The translations under genes were made by a program, and so were the position numbers. 64,000 nt of DNA from Auanema rhodensis (lineage: Eukaryota; Animalia; Nematoda). Positions within the stretch are counted from its first letter, which is position 1. Every line of letters begins with the position of its first letter. Of this stretch, positions 41,900 to 57,700 are shown in pieces. Where the stretch lies: positions 24,614,001 to 24,678,000 of the forward strand of contig OZ059894.1 of NCBI GenBank assembly GCA_964057225.1. Direction: 5' to 3'. A model generated the notes under the pieces. It saw nothing but the letters and a program-made list of their open reading frames with translations, ran no database searches and was not told the DNA's origin.

Positions 41900-44700
41900 A
41901 TGTAACTCGCTTCACGTGAAAGATAAAGAGATGCGGTTTTCAAAATTAGATTCCCCATGTCCATATTAGTCTAAAAACAAATTTTTATTGATATTGGTTC
42001 ATGGTAACCATGACTTTGAAATTTACGTGAACTTTAATTTATGCTAATTAAATGTACACGTGATGTGCACTTGGTATGTAACTCGCTTCACGTGAAAGAT
42101 GAAGAGATGCGGTTTTCAAAATTAGATTCCCCATGTCCATATTAGTCTAAAAACAAATTTTTATTGATATTGGTGCATGGTAACCATGACTTTGAAATTT
42201 ACGTGAACTTTAATTTATGCTAATTAAATGTACACGTGATGTGCACTTGGTATGTAACTCTCTTCACGTGAAAGATGAAGAGATGCGGTTTTCAAAATTA
42301 GATTCCCCATGTCCATATTAGTCTAAAAACAAATTTTTATTGATATTGGTGCATGGTAACCATGACTTTGAAATTTACGTGAACTTTAATTTATGCTAAT
42401 TAAATGTACACGTGATGTGCACTTGGTATGTAACTCGCTTCACGTGAAAGATAAAGAGATGCGGTTTTCAAAATTAGATTCCCCATGTCCATATTAGTCT
42501 AAAAACAAATTTTTATTGATATTGGTTCATGGTAACCATGACTTTGAAATTTACGTGAACTTTAATTTATGCTAATTAAATGTACACGTGATGTGCACTT
42601 GGTATGTAACTCGCTTCACGTGAAAGATAAAGAGATGCGGTTTTCAAAATTAGATTCCCCATGTCCATATTAGTCTAAAAACAAATTTTTATTGATATTG
42701 GTGCATGGTAACCATGACTTTGAAATTTACGTGAACTTTAATTTATGCTAATTAAATGTACACGTGATGTGCACTTGGTATGTAACTCGCTTCACGTGAA
42801 AGATAAAGAGATGCGGTTTTCAAAATTAGATTCCCCATGTCCATATTAGTCTAAAAACAAATTTGTATTGATATTGGTGCATGGTAACCATGACTTTGAA
42901 ATTTACGTGAACTTTAATTTATGCTAATTAAATGTACACGTGATGTGCACTTGGTATGTAACTCGCTTCACGTGAAAGATAAAGAGATGCGGTTTTCAAA
43001 ATTAGATTCCCCATGTCCATATTAGTCTAAAAACAAATTTTTATTGATATTGGTGCATGGTAACCATGACTTTGAAATTTACGTGAACTTTAATTTATGC
43101 TAATTAAATGTACACGTGATGTGCACTTGGTATGTAACTCGCTTCACGTGAAAGATAAAGAGATGCGGTTTTCAAAATTAGATTCCCCATGTCCATATTA
43201 GTCTAAAAACAAATTTTTATTGATATTGGTGCATGGTAACCATGACTTTGAAATTTACGTGAACTTTAATTTATGCTAATTAAATGTACACGTGATGTGC
43301 ACTTGGTATGTAACTCGCTTCACGTGAAAGATAAAGAGATGCGGTTTTCAAAATTAGATTCCCCATGTCCATATTAGTCTAAAAACAAATTTTTATTGAT
43401 ATTGGTTCATGGTAACCATGACTTTGAAATTTACGTGAACTTTAATTTATGCTAATTAAATGTACACGTGATGTGCACTTGGTATGTAACTCGCTTCACG
43501 TGAAAGATGAAGAGATGCGGTTTTCAAAATTAGATTCCCCATGTCCATATTAGTCTAAAAACAAATTTTTATTGATATTGGTGCATGGTAACCATGACTT
43601 TGAAATTTACGTGAACTTTAATTTATGCTAATTAAATGTACACGTGATGTGCACTTGGTATGTAACTCTCTTCACGTGAAAGATGAAGAGATGCGGTTTT
43701 CAAAATTAGATTCCCCATGTCCATATTAGTCTAAAAACAAATTTTTATTGATATTGGTGCATGGTAACCATGACTTTGAAATTTACGTGAACTTTAATTT
43801 ATGCTAATTAAATGTACACGTGATGTGCACTTGGTATGTAACTCGCTTCACGTGAAAGATAAAGAGATGCGGTTTTCAAAATTAGATTCCCCATGTCCAT
43901 ATTAGTCTAAAAACAAATTTTTATTGATATTGGTTCATGGTAACCATGACTTTGAAATTTACGTGAACTTTAATTTATGCTAATTAAATGTACACGTGAT
44001 GTGCACTTGGTATGTAACTCGCTTCACGTGAAAGATAAAGAGATGCGGTTTTCAAAATTAGATTCCCCATGTCCATATTAGTCTAAAAACAAATTTTTAT
44101 TGATATTGGTGCATGGTAACCATGACTTTGAAATTTACGTGAACTTTAATTTATGCTAATTAAATGTACACGTGATGTGCACTTGGTATGTAACTCGCTT
44201 CACGTGAAAGATAAAGAGATGCGGTTTTCAAAATTAGATTCCCCATGTCCATATTAGTCTAAAAACAAATTTGTATTGATATTGGTGCATGGTAACCATG
44301 ACTTTGAAATTTACGTGAACTTTAATTTATGCTAATTAAATGTACACGTGATGTGCACTTGGTATGTAACTCGCTTCACGTGAAAGATAAAGAGATGCGG
44401 TTTTCAAAATTAGATTCCCCATGTCCATATTAGTCTAAAAACAAATTTTTATTGATATTGGTGCATGGTAACCATGACTTTGAAATTTACGTGAACTTTA
44501 ATTTATGCTAATTAAATGTACACGTGATGTGCACTTGGTATGTAACTCGCTTCACGTGAAAGATAAAGAGATGCGGTTTTCAAAATTAGATTCCCCATGT
44601 CCATATTAGTCTAAAAACAAATTTTTATTGATATTGGTGCATGGTAACCATGACTTTGAAATTTACGTGAACTTTAATTTATGCTAATTAAATGTACACG
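41900..44700. repeat. 8-mer (1408 bp) tandem duplication
   Basis: AACTCTCTTC (42261/43669) and ATTTGTATTG (42865/44273) are offset by 1408, with GATGAAG variants in register. Boundaries approximate. Confidence 0.85.
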
Positions 44701-47700
44701 TGATGTGCACTTGGTATGTAACTCGCTTCACGTGAAAGATGAAGAGATGCGGTTTTCAAAATTAGATTCCCCATGTCCATATTAGTCTAAAAACAAATTT
44801 GTATTGATATTGGTGCATGGTAACCATGACTTTGAAATTTACGTGAACTTTAATTTATGCTAATTAAATGTACACGTGATGTGCACTTGGTATGTAACTC
44901 GCTTCACGTGAAAGATAAAGAGATGCGGTTTTCAAAATTAGATTCCCCATGTCCATATTAGTCTAAAAACAAATTTTTATTGATATTGGTGCATGGTAAC
45001 CATGACTTTGAAATTTACGTGAACTTTAATTTATGCTAATTAAATGTACACGTGATGTGCACTTGGTATGTAACTCGCTTCACGTGAAAGATGAAGAGAT
45101 GCGGTTTTCAAAATTAGATTCCCCATGTCCATATTAGTCTAAAAACAAATTTTTATTGATATTGGTGCATGGTAACCATGACTTTGAAATTTACGTGAAC
45201 TTTAATTTATGCTAATTAAATGTACACGTGATGTGCACTTGGTATGTAACTCGCTTCACGTGAAAGATAAAGAGATGCGGTTTTCAAAATTAGATTCCCC
45301 ATGTCCATATTAGTCTAAAAACAAATTTTTATTGATATTGGTGCATGGTAACCATGACTTTGAAATTTACGTGAACTTTAATTTATGCTAATTAAATGTA
45401 CACGTGATGTGCACTTGGTATGTAACTCGCTTCACGTGAAAGATAAAGAGATGCGGTTTTCAAAATTAGATTCCCCATGTCCATATTAGTCTAAAAACAA
45501 ATTTGTATTGATATTGGTGCATGGTAACCATGACTTTGAAATTTACGTGAACTTTAATTTATGCTAATTAAATGTACACGTGATGTGCACTTGGTATGTA
45601 ACTCGCTTCACGTGAAAGATAAAGAGATGCGGTTTTCAAAATTAGATTCCCCATGTCCATATTAGTCTAAAAACAAATTTTTATTGATATTGGTGCATAG
45701 TAACCATGACTTTGAAATTTACGTGAACTTTAATTTATGCTAATTAAATGTACACGTGATGTGCACTTGGTATGTAACTCGCTTCACGTGAAAGATGAAG
45801 AGATGCGGTTTTCAAAATTAGATTCCCCATGTCCATATTAGTCTAAAAACAAATTTTTATTGATATTGGTGCATGGTAACCATGACTTTGAAATTTACGT
45901 GAACTTTAATTTATGCTAATTAAATGTACACGTGATGTGCACTTGGTATGTAACTCGCTTCACGTGAAAGATGAAGAGATGCGGTTTTCAAAATTAGATT
46001 CCCCATGTCCATATTAGTCTAAAAACAAATTTTTATTGATATTGGTGCATGGTAACCATGACTTTGAAATTTACGTGAACTTTAATTTATGCTAATTAAA
46101 TGTACACGTGATGTGCACTTGGTATGTAACTCTCTTCACGTGAAAGATAAAGAGATGCGGTTTTCAAAATTAGATTCCCCATGTCCATATTAGTCTAAAA
46201 ACAAATTTTTATTGATATTGGTTCATGGTAACCATGACTTTGAAATTTACGTGAACTTTAATTTATGCTAATTAAATGTACACGTGATGTGCACTTGGTA
46301 TGTAACTCGCTTCACGTGAAAGATAAAGAGATGCGGTTTTCAAAATTAGATTCCCCATGTCCATATTAGTCTAAAAACAAATTTTTATTGATATTGGTGC
46401 ATGGTAACCATGACTTTGAAATTTACGTGAACTTTAATTTATGCTAATTAAATGTACACGTGATGTGCACTTGGTATGTAACTCGCTTCACGTGAAAGAT
46501 AAAGAGATGCGGTTTTCAAAATTAGATTCCCCATGTCCATATTAGTCTAAAAACAAATTTTTATTGATATTGGTGCATGGTAACCATGACTTTGAAATTT
46601 ACGTGAACTTTAATTTATGCTAATTAAATGTACACGTGATGTGCACTTGGTATGTAACTCTCTTCACGTGAAAGATAAAGAGATGCGGTTTTCAAAATTA
46701 GATTCCCCATGTCCATATTAGTCTAAAAACAAATTTTTATTGATATTGGTTCATGGTAACCATGACTTTGAAATTTACGTGAACTTTAATTTATGCTAAT
46801 TAAATGTACACGTGATGTGCACTTGGTATGTAACTCGCTTCACGTGAAAGATAAAGAGATGCGGTTTTCAAAATTAGATTCCCCATGTCCATATTAGTCT
46901 AAAAACAAATTTTTATTGATATTGGTGCATGGTAACCATGACTTTGAAATTTACGTGAACTTTAATTTATGCTAATTAAATGTACACGTGATGTGCACTT
47001 GGTATGTAACTCGCTTCACGTGAAAGATAAAGAGATGCGGTTTTCAAAATTAGATTCCCCATGTCCATATTAGTCTAAAAACAAATTTTTATTGATATTG
47101 GTGCATGGTAACCATGACTTTGAAATTTACGTGAACTTTAATTTATGCTAATTAAATGTACACGTGATGTGCACTTGGTATGTAACTCGCTTCACGTGAA
47201 AGATAAAGAGATGCGGTTTTCAAAATTAGATTCCCCATGTCCATATTAGTCTAAAAACAAATTTTTATTGATATTGGTGCATGGTAACCATGACTTTGAA
47301 ATTTACGTGAACTTTAATTTATGCTAATTAAATGTACACGTGATGTGCACTTGGTATGTAACTCGCTTCACGTGAAAGATGAAGAGATGCGGTTTTCAAA
47401 ATTAGATTCCCCATGTCCATATTAGTCTAAAAACAAATTTTTATTGATATTGGTGCATGGTAACCATGACTTTGAAATTTACGTGAACTTTAATTTATGC
47501 TAATTAAATGTACACGTGATGTGCACTTGGTATGTAACTCGCTTCACGTGAAAGATAAAGAGATGCGGTTTTCAAAATTAGATTCCCCATGTCCATATTA
47601 GTCTAAAAACAGATTTTTATTGATATTGGTTCATGGTAACCATGACTTTGAAATTTACGTGAACTTTAATTTATGCTAATTAAATGTACACGTGATGTGC

Positions 47701-49129
47701 ACTTGGTATGTAACTCGCTTCACGTGAAAGATAAAGAGATGCGGTTTCCAAAATTAGATTCCCCATGTCCATATTAGTCTAAAAACAAATTTTTATTGAT
47801 ATTGCTTCATGGTAACCATGACTTTGAAATTTACGTGAACTTTAATTTATGCTAATTAAATGTACACGTGATGTGCACTTGGTATGTAACTCGCTTCACG
47901 TGAAAGATAAAGAGATGCGGTTTTCAAAATTAGATTCCCCATGTCCATATTAGTCTAAAAACAAATTTTTATTGATATTGGTGCATGGTAACCATGACTT
48001 TGAAATTTACGTGAACTTTAATTTATGCTAATTAATTGTACACGTGATGTGCACTCGGTATGTAACTCGCTTCACGTGAAAGATAAAGACATGCGGTTTT
48101 CAAAATTAGATTCCCCATGTCCATATTAGTCTAAAAACAAATTTTTATTGATATTGGTGCATGGTAACCATGACTTTGAAATTTACGTGAACTTTAATTT
48201 ATGCTAATTAAATGTACACGTGATGTGCACTTGGTATGTAACTCGCTTCACGTGAAAGATAAAGAGATGCGGTTTTCAAAATTAGATTCCCCATGTCCAT
48301 ATTAGTCTAAAAACAAATTTTTATTGATATTGGTGCATGGTAACCATGACTTTGAAATTTACGTGAACTTTAATTTATGCTAATTAAATGTACACGTGAT
48401 GTGCACTTGGTATGTAACTCGCTTCACGTGAAAGATAAAGAGATGCGGTTTTCAAAATTAGATTCCCCATGTCCATATTAGTCTAAAAACAAATTTTTAT
48501 TGATATTGGTGCATGGTAACCATGACTTTGAATTTTACGTGAACTTTAATTTATGCTAATTAAATGTACACTTGATGTGCACTTGGTATGTAACTCGCTT
48601 CACGTGAAAGATAAAGAGATGCGGTTTTCAAAATTAGATTCCCCATGTCCATATTAGTCTAAAAACAAATTTTTATTGATATTGGTGCATGGTAACCATG
48701 ACTTTGAAATTTACGTGAACTTTAATTTATGCTAATTAAATGTACACGTGATGTGCACTTGGTATGTAACTCGCTTCACGTGAAAGATAAAGAGATGCGG
48801 TTTTCAAAATTAGATTCCCCATGTCCATATTAGTCTAAAAACAGATTTTTATTGATATTGGTTCATGGTAACCATGACTTTGAAATTTACGTGAACTTTA
48901 ATTTATGCTAATTAAATGTACACGTGATGTGCACTTGGTATGTAACTCGCTTCACGTGAAAGATAAAGAGATGCGGTTTCCAAAATTAGATTCCCCATGT
49001 CCATATTAGTCTAAAAACAAATTTTTATTGATATTGCTTCATGGTAACCATGACTTTGAAATTTACGTGAACTTTAATTTATGCTAATTAAATGTACACG
49101 TGATGTGCACTTGGTATGTAACTCGCTTC

Positions 49130-52100
49130 ACGTGAAAGATAAAGAGATGCGGTTTTCAAAATTAGATTCCCCATGTCCATATTAGTCTAAAAACAAATTT
49201 TTATTGATATTGGTGCATGGTAACCATGACTTTGAAATTTACGTGAACTTTAATTTATGCTAATTAATTGTACACGTGATGTGCACTCGGTATGTAACTC
49301 GCTTCACGTGAAAGATAAAGACATGCGGTTTTCAAAATTAGATTCCCCATGTCCATATTAGTCTAAAAACAAATTTTTATTGATATTGGTGCATGGTAAC
49401 CATGACTTTGAAATTTACGTGAACTTTAATTTATGCCAATTAAATGTACACGTGATGTGCACTTGGTATGAAACTCGCTTCACGTGAAAGATAAAGAGAT
49501 ACGGTTTTCAAAATTAGATTCCCCATGTCCATATTAGTCTAAAAACAAATTTTTATTGATATTGGTGCATGGTAACCATGACTTTGAAATTTACGTGAAC
49601 TTTAATTTATGCTAATTAAATGTACACGTGATGTGCACTTGGTATGTAACTCGCTTCACGTGAAAGATAAAGAGATGCGGTTTTCAAAATTAGATTCCCC
49701 ATGTCCATATTAGTCTAAAAACAAATTTTTATTGATATTGGTGCATGGTAACCATGACTTTGAAATTTACGTGAACTTTAATTTATGTTAATTAAATGTA
49801 CACGTGATGTGCACTTGGTATGAAACTCGCTTCACGTGAAAGATAAAGAGATACGGTTTTCAAAATTAGATTCCCCATGTCCATATTAGTCTAAAAACAA
49901 ATTTTTATTGATATTGGTGCATGGTAACCATGACTTTGAAATTTACGTGAACTTTAATTTATGCTAATTAAATGTACACGTGATGTGCACTCGGTATGTA
50001 ACTCGCTTCATGTGAAAGATAAAGACATGCGGTTTTCAAAATTAGATTCCCCATGTCCATATTAGTCTAAAAACAAATTTTTATTGATATTGGTGCATGG
50101 TAACCATGACTTTGAAATTTACGTGAACTTTAATTTATGTTAATTAAATGTACACGTGATGTGCACTTGGTATGAAACTCGCTTCACGTGAAAGATAAAG
50201 AGATACGGTTTTCAAAATTAGATTCCCCATGTCCATATTAGTCTAAAAACAAATTTTTATTGATATTGGTGCATGGTAACCATGACTTTGAAATTTACGT
50301 GAACTTTAATTTATGCTAATTAAATGTACACGTGATGTGCACTTGGTATGTAACTCGCTTCACGTGAAAGATAAAGAGATGCGGTTTTCAAAATTAGATT
50401 CCCCATGTCCATATTAGTCTAAAAACAAATTTTTATTGATATTGGTGCATGGTAACCATGACTTTGAAATTTACGTGAACTTTAATTTATGCTAATTAAA
50501 TGTACACGTGATGTGCACTTGGTATGTAACTCGCTTCACGTGAAAGATAAAGAGATGCGGTTTTCAAAATTAGATTCCCCATGTCCATATTAGTCTAAAA
50601 ACAAATTTTTATTGATATTGGTGCATGGTAACCATGACTTTGAATTTTACGTGAACTTTAATTTATGCTAATTAAATGTACACTTGATGTGCACTTGGTA
50701 TGTAACTCGCTTCACGTGAAAGATAAAGAGATGCGGTTTTCAAAATTAGATTCCCCATGTCCATATTAGTCTAAAAACAAATTTTTATTGATATTGGTGC
50801 ATGGTAACCATGACTTTGAAATTTACGTGAACTTTAATTTATGATAATTAAATGTACACGTGATGTGCACTTGGTATGTAACTCGCTTCACGTGAAAGAT
50901 AAAGAGATGCGGTTTCCAAAATTAGATTCCCCATGTCCATATTAGTCTAAAAACAAATTTTTATTGATATTGCTTCATGGTAACCATGACTTTGAAATTT
51001 ACGTGAACTTTAATTTATGCTAATTAAATGTACACGTGATGTGCACTTGGTATGTAACTCGCTTCACGTGAAAGATAAAGAGATGCGGTTTTCAAAATTA
51101 GATTCCCCATGTCCATATTAGTCTAAAAACGAATTTTTATTGATATTGGTGCATGGTAACCATGACTTTGAAATTTACGTGAACTTTAATTTATGCTAAT
51201 TAAATGTACACGTGATGTGCACTCGGTATGTAACTCGCTTCACGTAAAAGATAAAGACATGCGGTTTTCAAAATTAGATTCCCCATGTCCATATTAGTCT
51301 AAAAACAAATTTTTATTGATATTGGTGCATGGTAACCATGACTTTGAAATTTACGTGAACTTTAATTTATGCTAATTAAATGTACACGTGATGTGCACTT
51401 GGTATGAAACTCGCTTCACGTGAAAGATAAAGAGATACGGTTTTCAAAATTAAATTCCCCATGTCCATATTAGTCTAAAAACAAATTTTTATTGATATTG
51501 GTGCATGGTAACCATGACTTTGAAATTTACGTGAACTTTAATTTATGCTAATTAAATGTACACGTGATGTGCACTTGGTATGTAACTCGCTTCACGTGAA
51601 AGATAAAGAGATGCGGTTTTCAAAATTAGATTCCCCATGTCCATATTAGTCTAAAAACAAATTTTTATTGATATTGGTGCATGGTAACCATGACTTTGAA
51701 ATTTACGTGAACTTTAATTTATGCTAATTAATTGTACACGTGATGTGCACTCGGTATGTAACTCGCTTCACGTGAAAGATAAAGACATGCGGTTTTCAAA
51801 ATTAGATTCCCCATGTCCATATTAGTCTAAAAACAAATTTTTATTGATATTGGTGCATGGTAACCATGACTTTGAAATTTACGTGAACTTTAATTTATGC
51901 CAATTAAATGTACACGTGATGTGCACTTGGTATGAAACTCGCTTCACGTGAAAGATAAAGAGATACGGTTTTCAAAATTAGATTCCCCATGTCCATATTA
52001 GTCTAAAAACAAATTTTTATTGATATTGGTGCATGGTAACCATGACTTTGAAATTTACGTGAACTTTAATTTATGCTAATTAAATGTACACGTGATGTGC

Positions 52101-54230
52101 ACTTGGTATGTAACTCGCTTCACGTGAAAGATAAAGAGATGCGGTTTTCAAAATTAGATTCCCCATGTCCATATTAGTCTAAAAACAAATTTTTATTGAT
52201 ATTGGTGCATGGTAACCATGACTTTGAAATTTACGTGAACTTTAATTTATGCTAATTAAATGTACACGTGATGTGCACTTGGTATGTAACTCGCTTCACG
52301 TGAAAGATAAAGAGATGCGGTTTTCAAAATTAGATTCCCCATGTCCATATTAGTCTAAAAACAAATTTTTATTGATATTGGTGCATGGTAACCATGACTT
52401 TGAAATTTACGTGAACTTTAATTTATGCTAATTAAATGTACACGTGATGTGCACTCGGTATGTAACTCGCTTCACGTGAAAGATAAAGACATGCGGTTTT
52501 CAAAATTAGATTCCCCATGTCCATATTAGTCTAAAAACAAATTTTTATTGATATTGGTGCATGGTAACCATGACTTTGAAATTTACGTGAACTTTAATTT
52601 ATGTTAATTAAATGTACACGTGATGTGCACTTGGTATGAAACTCGCTTCACGTGAAAGATAAAGAGATACGGTTTTCAAAATTAGATTCCCCATGTCCAT
52701 ATTAGTCTAAAAACAAATTTTTATTGATATTGGTGCATGGTAACCATGACTTTGAAATTTACGTGAACTTTAATTTATGCTAATTAAATGTACACGTGAT
52801 GTGCACTTGGTATGTAACTCGCTTCACGTGAAAGATAAAGAGATGCGGTTTTCAAAATTAGATTCCCCATGTCCATATTAGTCTAAAAACAAATTTTTAT
52901 TGATATTGGTGCATGGTAACCATGACTTTGAAATTTACGTGAACTTTAATTTATGCTAATTAAATGTACACGTGATGTGCACTTGGTATGTAACTCGCTT
53001 CACGTGAAAGATAAAGAGATGCGGTTTTCAAAATTAGATTCCCCATGTCCATATTAGTCTAAAAACAAATTTTTATTGATATTGGTGCATGGTAACCATG
53101 ACTTTGAATTTTACGTGAACTTTAATTTATGCTAATTAAATGTACACTTGATGTGCACTTGGTATGTAACTCGCTTCACGTGAAAGATAAAGAGATGCGG
53201 TTTTCAAAATTAGATTCCCCATGTCCATATTAGTCTAAAAACAAATTTTTATTGATATTGGTGCATGGTAACCATGACTTTGAAATTTACGTGAACTTTA
53301 ATTTATGATAATTAAATGTACACGTGATGTGCACTTGGTATGTAACTCGCTTCACGTGAAAGATAAAGAGATGCGGTTTCCAAAATTAGATTCCCCATGT
53401 CCATATTAGTCTAAAAACAAATTTTTATTGATATTGCTTCATGGTAACCATGACTTTGAAATTTACGTGAACTTTAATTTATGCTAATTAAATGTACACG
53501 TGATGTGCACTTGGTATGTAACTCGCTTCACGTGAAAGATAAAGAGATGCGGTTTTCAAAATTAGATTCCCCATGTCCATATTAGTCTAAAAACGAATTT
53601 TTATTGATATTGGTGCATGGTAACCATGACTTTGAAATTTACGTGAACTTTAATTTATGCTAATTAAATGTACACGTGATGTGCACTCGGTATGTAACTC
53701 GCTTCACGTAAAAGATAAAGACATGCGGTTTTCAAAATTAGATTCCCCATGTCCATATTAGTCTAAAAACAAATTTTTATTGATATTGGTGCATGGTAAC
53801 CATGACTTTGAAATTTACGTGAACTTTAATTTATGCTAATTAAATGTACACGTGATGTGCACTTGGTATGAAACTCGCTTCACGTGAAAGATAAAGAGAT
53901 ACGGTTTTCAAAATTAAATTCCCCATGTCCATATTAGTCTAAAAACAAATTTTTATTGATATTGGTGCATGGTAACCATGACTTTGAAATTTACGTGAAC
54001 TTTAATTTATGCTAATTAAATGTACACGTGATGTGCACTTGGTATGTAACTCGCTTCACGTGAAAGATAAAGAGATGCGGTTTTCAAAATTAGATTCCCC
54101 ATGTCCATATTAGTCTAAAAACAAATTTTTATTGATATTGGTGCATGGTAACCATGACTTTGAAATTTACGTGAACTTTAATTTATGCTAATTAAATGTA
54201 CACGTGATGTGCACTTGGTATGTAACTCGC
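49130..54230. repeat. 14-mer (2464 bp) tandem duplication
   Basis: TAATTAATTG 49261/51725, TGCCAATT 49437/51901, TGAATTTTAC 50641/53105, ATGATAATT 50841/53305 and AACGAATT 51131/53595, all offset by 2464. Confidence 0.9.
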
Positions 54231-54736
54231 TTCACGTGAAAGATGAAGAGATGCGGTTTTCAAAATTAGATTCCCCATGTCCATATTAGTCTAAAAACAA
54301 ATTTTTATTGATATTGGTGCATGGTAACCATGACTTTGAAATTTACGTGAACTTTAATTTATGCTAATTAAATGTACACGTGATGTGCACTTGGTATGTA
54401 ACTCGCTTCACGTGAAAGATGAAGAGATGCGGTTTTCAAAATTAGATTCCCCATGTCCATATTAGTCTAAAAACAAATTTTTATTGATATTGGTTCATGG
54501 TAACCATGACTTTGAAATTTACGTGAACTTTAATTTATGCTAATTAAATGTACACGTGATGTGCACTTGGTATGTAACTCGCTTCACGTGAAAGATAAAG
54601 AGATGCGGTTTTCAAAATTAGATTCCCCATGTCCATATTAGTCTAAAAACAAATTTTTATTGATATTGGTGCATGGTAACCATGACTTTGAAATTTACGT
54701 GAACTTTAATTTATGCTAATTAAATGTACACGTGAT

Positions 54737-54784
54737 GTGCACTTGGTATGTAACTCGCTTGTGCACTTGGTATGTAACTCGCTT
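54737..54784 (+). repeat. 24-bp internal tandem duplication (GTGCACTTGGTATGTAACTCGCTT x2) giving a 200-bp monomer
   Basis: Read directly at 54737-54760 and 54761-54784; the monomer phase shifts by +24 afterwards. Confidence 0.96.
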
Positions 54785-57700
54785 CACGTGAAAGATAAAG
54801 AGATGCGGTTTTCAAAATTAGATTCCCCATGTCCATATTAGTCTAAAAACAGATTTTTATTGATATTGGTTCATGGTAACCATGACTTTGAAATTTACGT
54901 GAACTTTAATTTATGCTAATTAAATGTACACGTGATGTGCACTTGGTATGTAACTCGCTTCACGTGAAAGATAAAGAGATGCGGTTTCCAAAATTAGATT
55001 CCCCATGTCCATATTAGTCTAAAAACAAATTTTTATTGATATTGCTTCATGGTAACCATGACTTTGAAATTTACGTGAACTTTAATTTATGCTAATTAAA
55101 TGTACACGTGATGTGCACTTGGTATGTAACTCGCTTCACGTGAAAGATAAAGAGATGCGGTTTTCAAAATTAGATTCCCCATGTCCATATTAGTCTAAAA
55201 ACAAATTTTTATTGATATTGGTGCATGGTAACCATGACTTTGAAATTTACGTGAACTTTAATTTATGCTAATTAAATGTACACGTGATGTGCACTCGGTA
55301 TGTAACTCGCTTCACGTAAAAGATAAAGACATGCGGTTTTCAAAATTAGATTCCCCATGTCCATATTAGTCTAAAAACAAATTTTTATTGATATTGGTGC
55401 ATGGTAACCATGACTTTGAAATTTACGTGAACTTTAATTTATGCTAATTAAATGTACACGTGATGTGCACTTGGTATGAAACTCGCTTCACGTGAAAGAT
55501 AAAGAGATACGGTTTTCAAAATTAAATTCCCCATGTCCATATTAGTCTAAAAACAAATTTTTATTGATATTGGTGCATGGTAACCATGACTTTGAAATTT
55601 ACGTGAACTTTAATTTATGCTAATTAAATGTACACGTGATGTGCACTTGGTATGTAACTCGCTTCACGTGAAAGATAAAGAGATGCGGTTTTCAAAATTA
55701 GATTCCCCATGTCCATATTAGTCTAAAAACAAATTTTTATTGATATTGGTGCATGGTAACCATGACTTTGAAATTTACGTGAACTTTAATTTATGCTAAT
55801 TAAATGTACACGTGATGTGCACTTGGTATGTAACTCGCTTCACGTGAAAGATGAAGAGATGCGGTTTTCAAAATTAGATTCCCCATGTCCATATTAGTCT
55901 AAAAACAAATTTTTATTGATATTGGTTCATGGTAACCATGACTTTGAAATTTACGTGAACTTTAATTTATGCTAATTAAATGTACACGTGATGTGCACTT
56001 GGTATGTAACTCGCTTCACGTGAAAGATAAAGAGATGCGGTTTTCAAAATTAGATTCCCCATGTCCATATTAGTCTAAAAACAAATTTTTATTGATATTG
56101 GTTCATGGTAACCATGACTTTGAAATTTACGTGAACTTTAATTTATGCTAATTAAATGTACACGTGATGTGCACTTGGTATGTAACTCGCTTCACGTGAA
56201 AGATAAAGAGATGCGGTTTTCAAAATTAGATTCCCCATGTCCATATTAGTCTAAAAACAAATTTTTATTGATATTGGTTCATGGTAACCATGACTTTGAA
56301 ATTTACGTGAACTTTAATTTATGCTAATTAAATGTACACGTGATGTGCACTTGGTATGTAACTCGCTTCACGTGAAAGATAAAGAGATGCGGTTTTCAAA
56401 ATTAGATTCCCCATGTCCATATTAGTCTAAAAACAAATTTTTATTGATATTGGTGCATGGTAACCATGACTTTGAAATTTACGTGAACTTTAATTTATGC
56501 TAATTAAATGTACACGTGATGTGCACTTGGTATGTAACTCGCTTCACGTGAAAGATAAAGAGATGCGGTTTTCAAAATTAGATTCCCCATGTCCATATTA
56601 GTCTAAAAACAAATTTTTATTGATATTGGTTCATGGTAACCATGACTTTGAAATTTAGGTGAACTTTAATTTATGCTAATTAAATGTACACGTGATGTGC
56701 ACTTGGTATGTAACTCGCTTCACGTGAAAGATAAAGAGATGCGATTTTCAAAATTAGATTCCCCATGTCCATATTAGTCTAAAAACAAATTTTTATTGAT
56801 ATTGGTGCATGGTAACCATGACTTTGAAATTTACGTGAACTTTAATTTATGCTAATTAAATGTACACGTGATGTGCACTTGGTATGTAACTCGCTTCACG
56901 TGAAAGATAAAGAGATGCGGTTTTCAAAATTAGATTCCCCATGTCCATATTAGTCTAAAAACAAATGTTTATTGATATTGGTGCATGGTAACCATGACTT
57001 TGAAATTTACGTGAACTTTAATTTATGCTAATTAAATGTACACGTGATGTGCACTTGGTATGTAACTCGCTTCACGTGAAAGATAAAGAGATGCGGTTTT
57101 CAAAATTAGATTCCCCATGTCCATATTAGTCTAAAAACAAATTTTTATTGATATTGGTGCATGGTAACCATGACTTTGAAATTTACGTGAACTTTAATTT
57201 ATGCTAATTAAATGTACACGTGATGTGCACTTGGTATGTAACGCGCTTCACGTGAAAGATGAAGAGATGCGGTTTTCAAAATTAGATTCCCCATGTCCAT
57301 ATTAGTCTAAAAACAAATTTTTATTGATATTGGTGCATGGTAACCATGACTTTGAAATTTACGTGAACTTTAATTTATGCTAATTAAATGTACACGTGAT
57401 GTGCACTTGGTATGTAACTCGCTTCACGTGAAAGATGAAGAGATGCGGTTTTCAAAATTAGATTCCCCATGTCCATATTAGTCTAAAAACAAATTTTTAT
57501 TGATATTGGTGCATGGTAACCATGACTTTGAAATTTACGTGAACTTTAATTTATGCTAATTAAATGTACACGTGATGTGCACTTGGTATGTAACTCGCTT
57601 CACGTGAAAGATGAAGAGATGCGGTTTTCAAAATTAGATTCCCCATGTCCATATTAGTCTAAAAACAAATTTTTATTGATATTGGTGCATGGTAACCATG

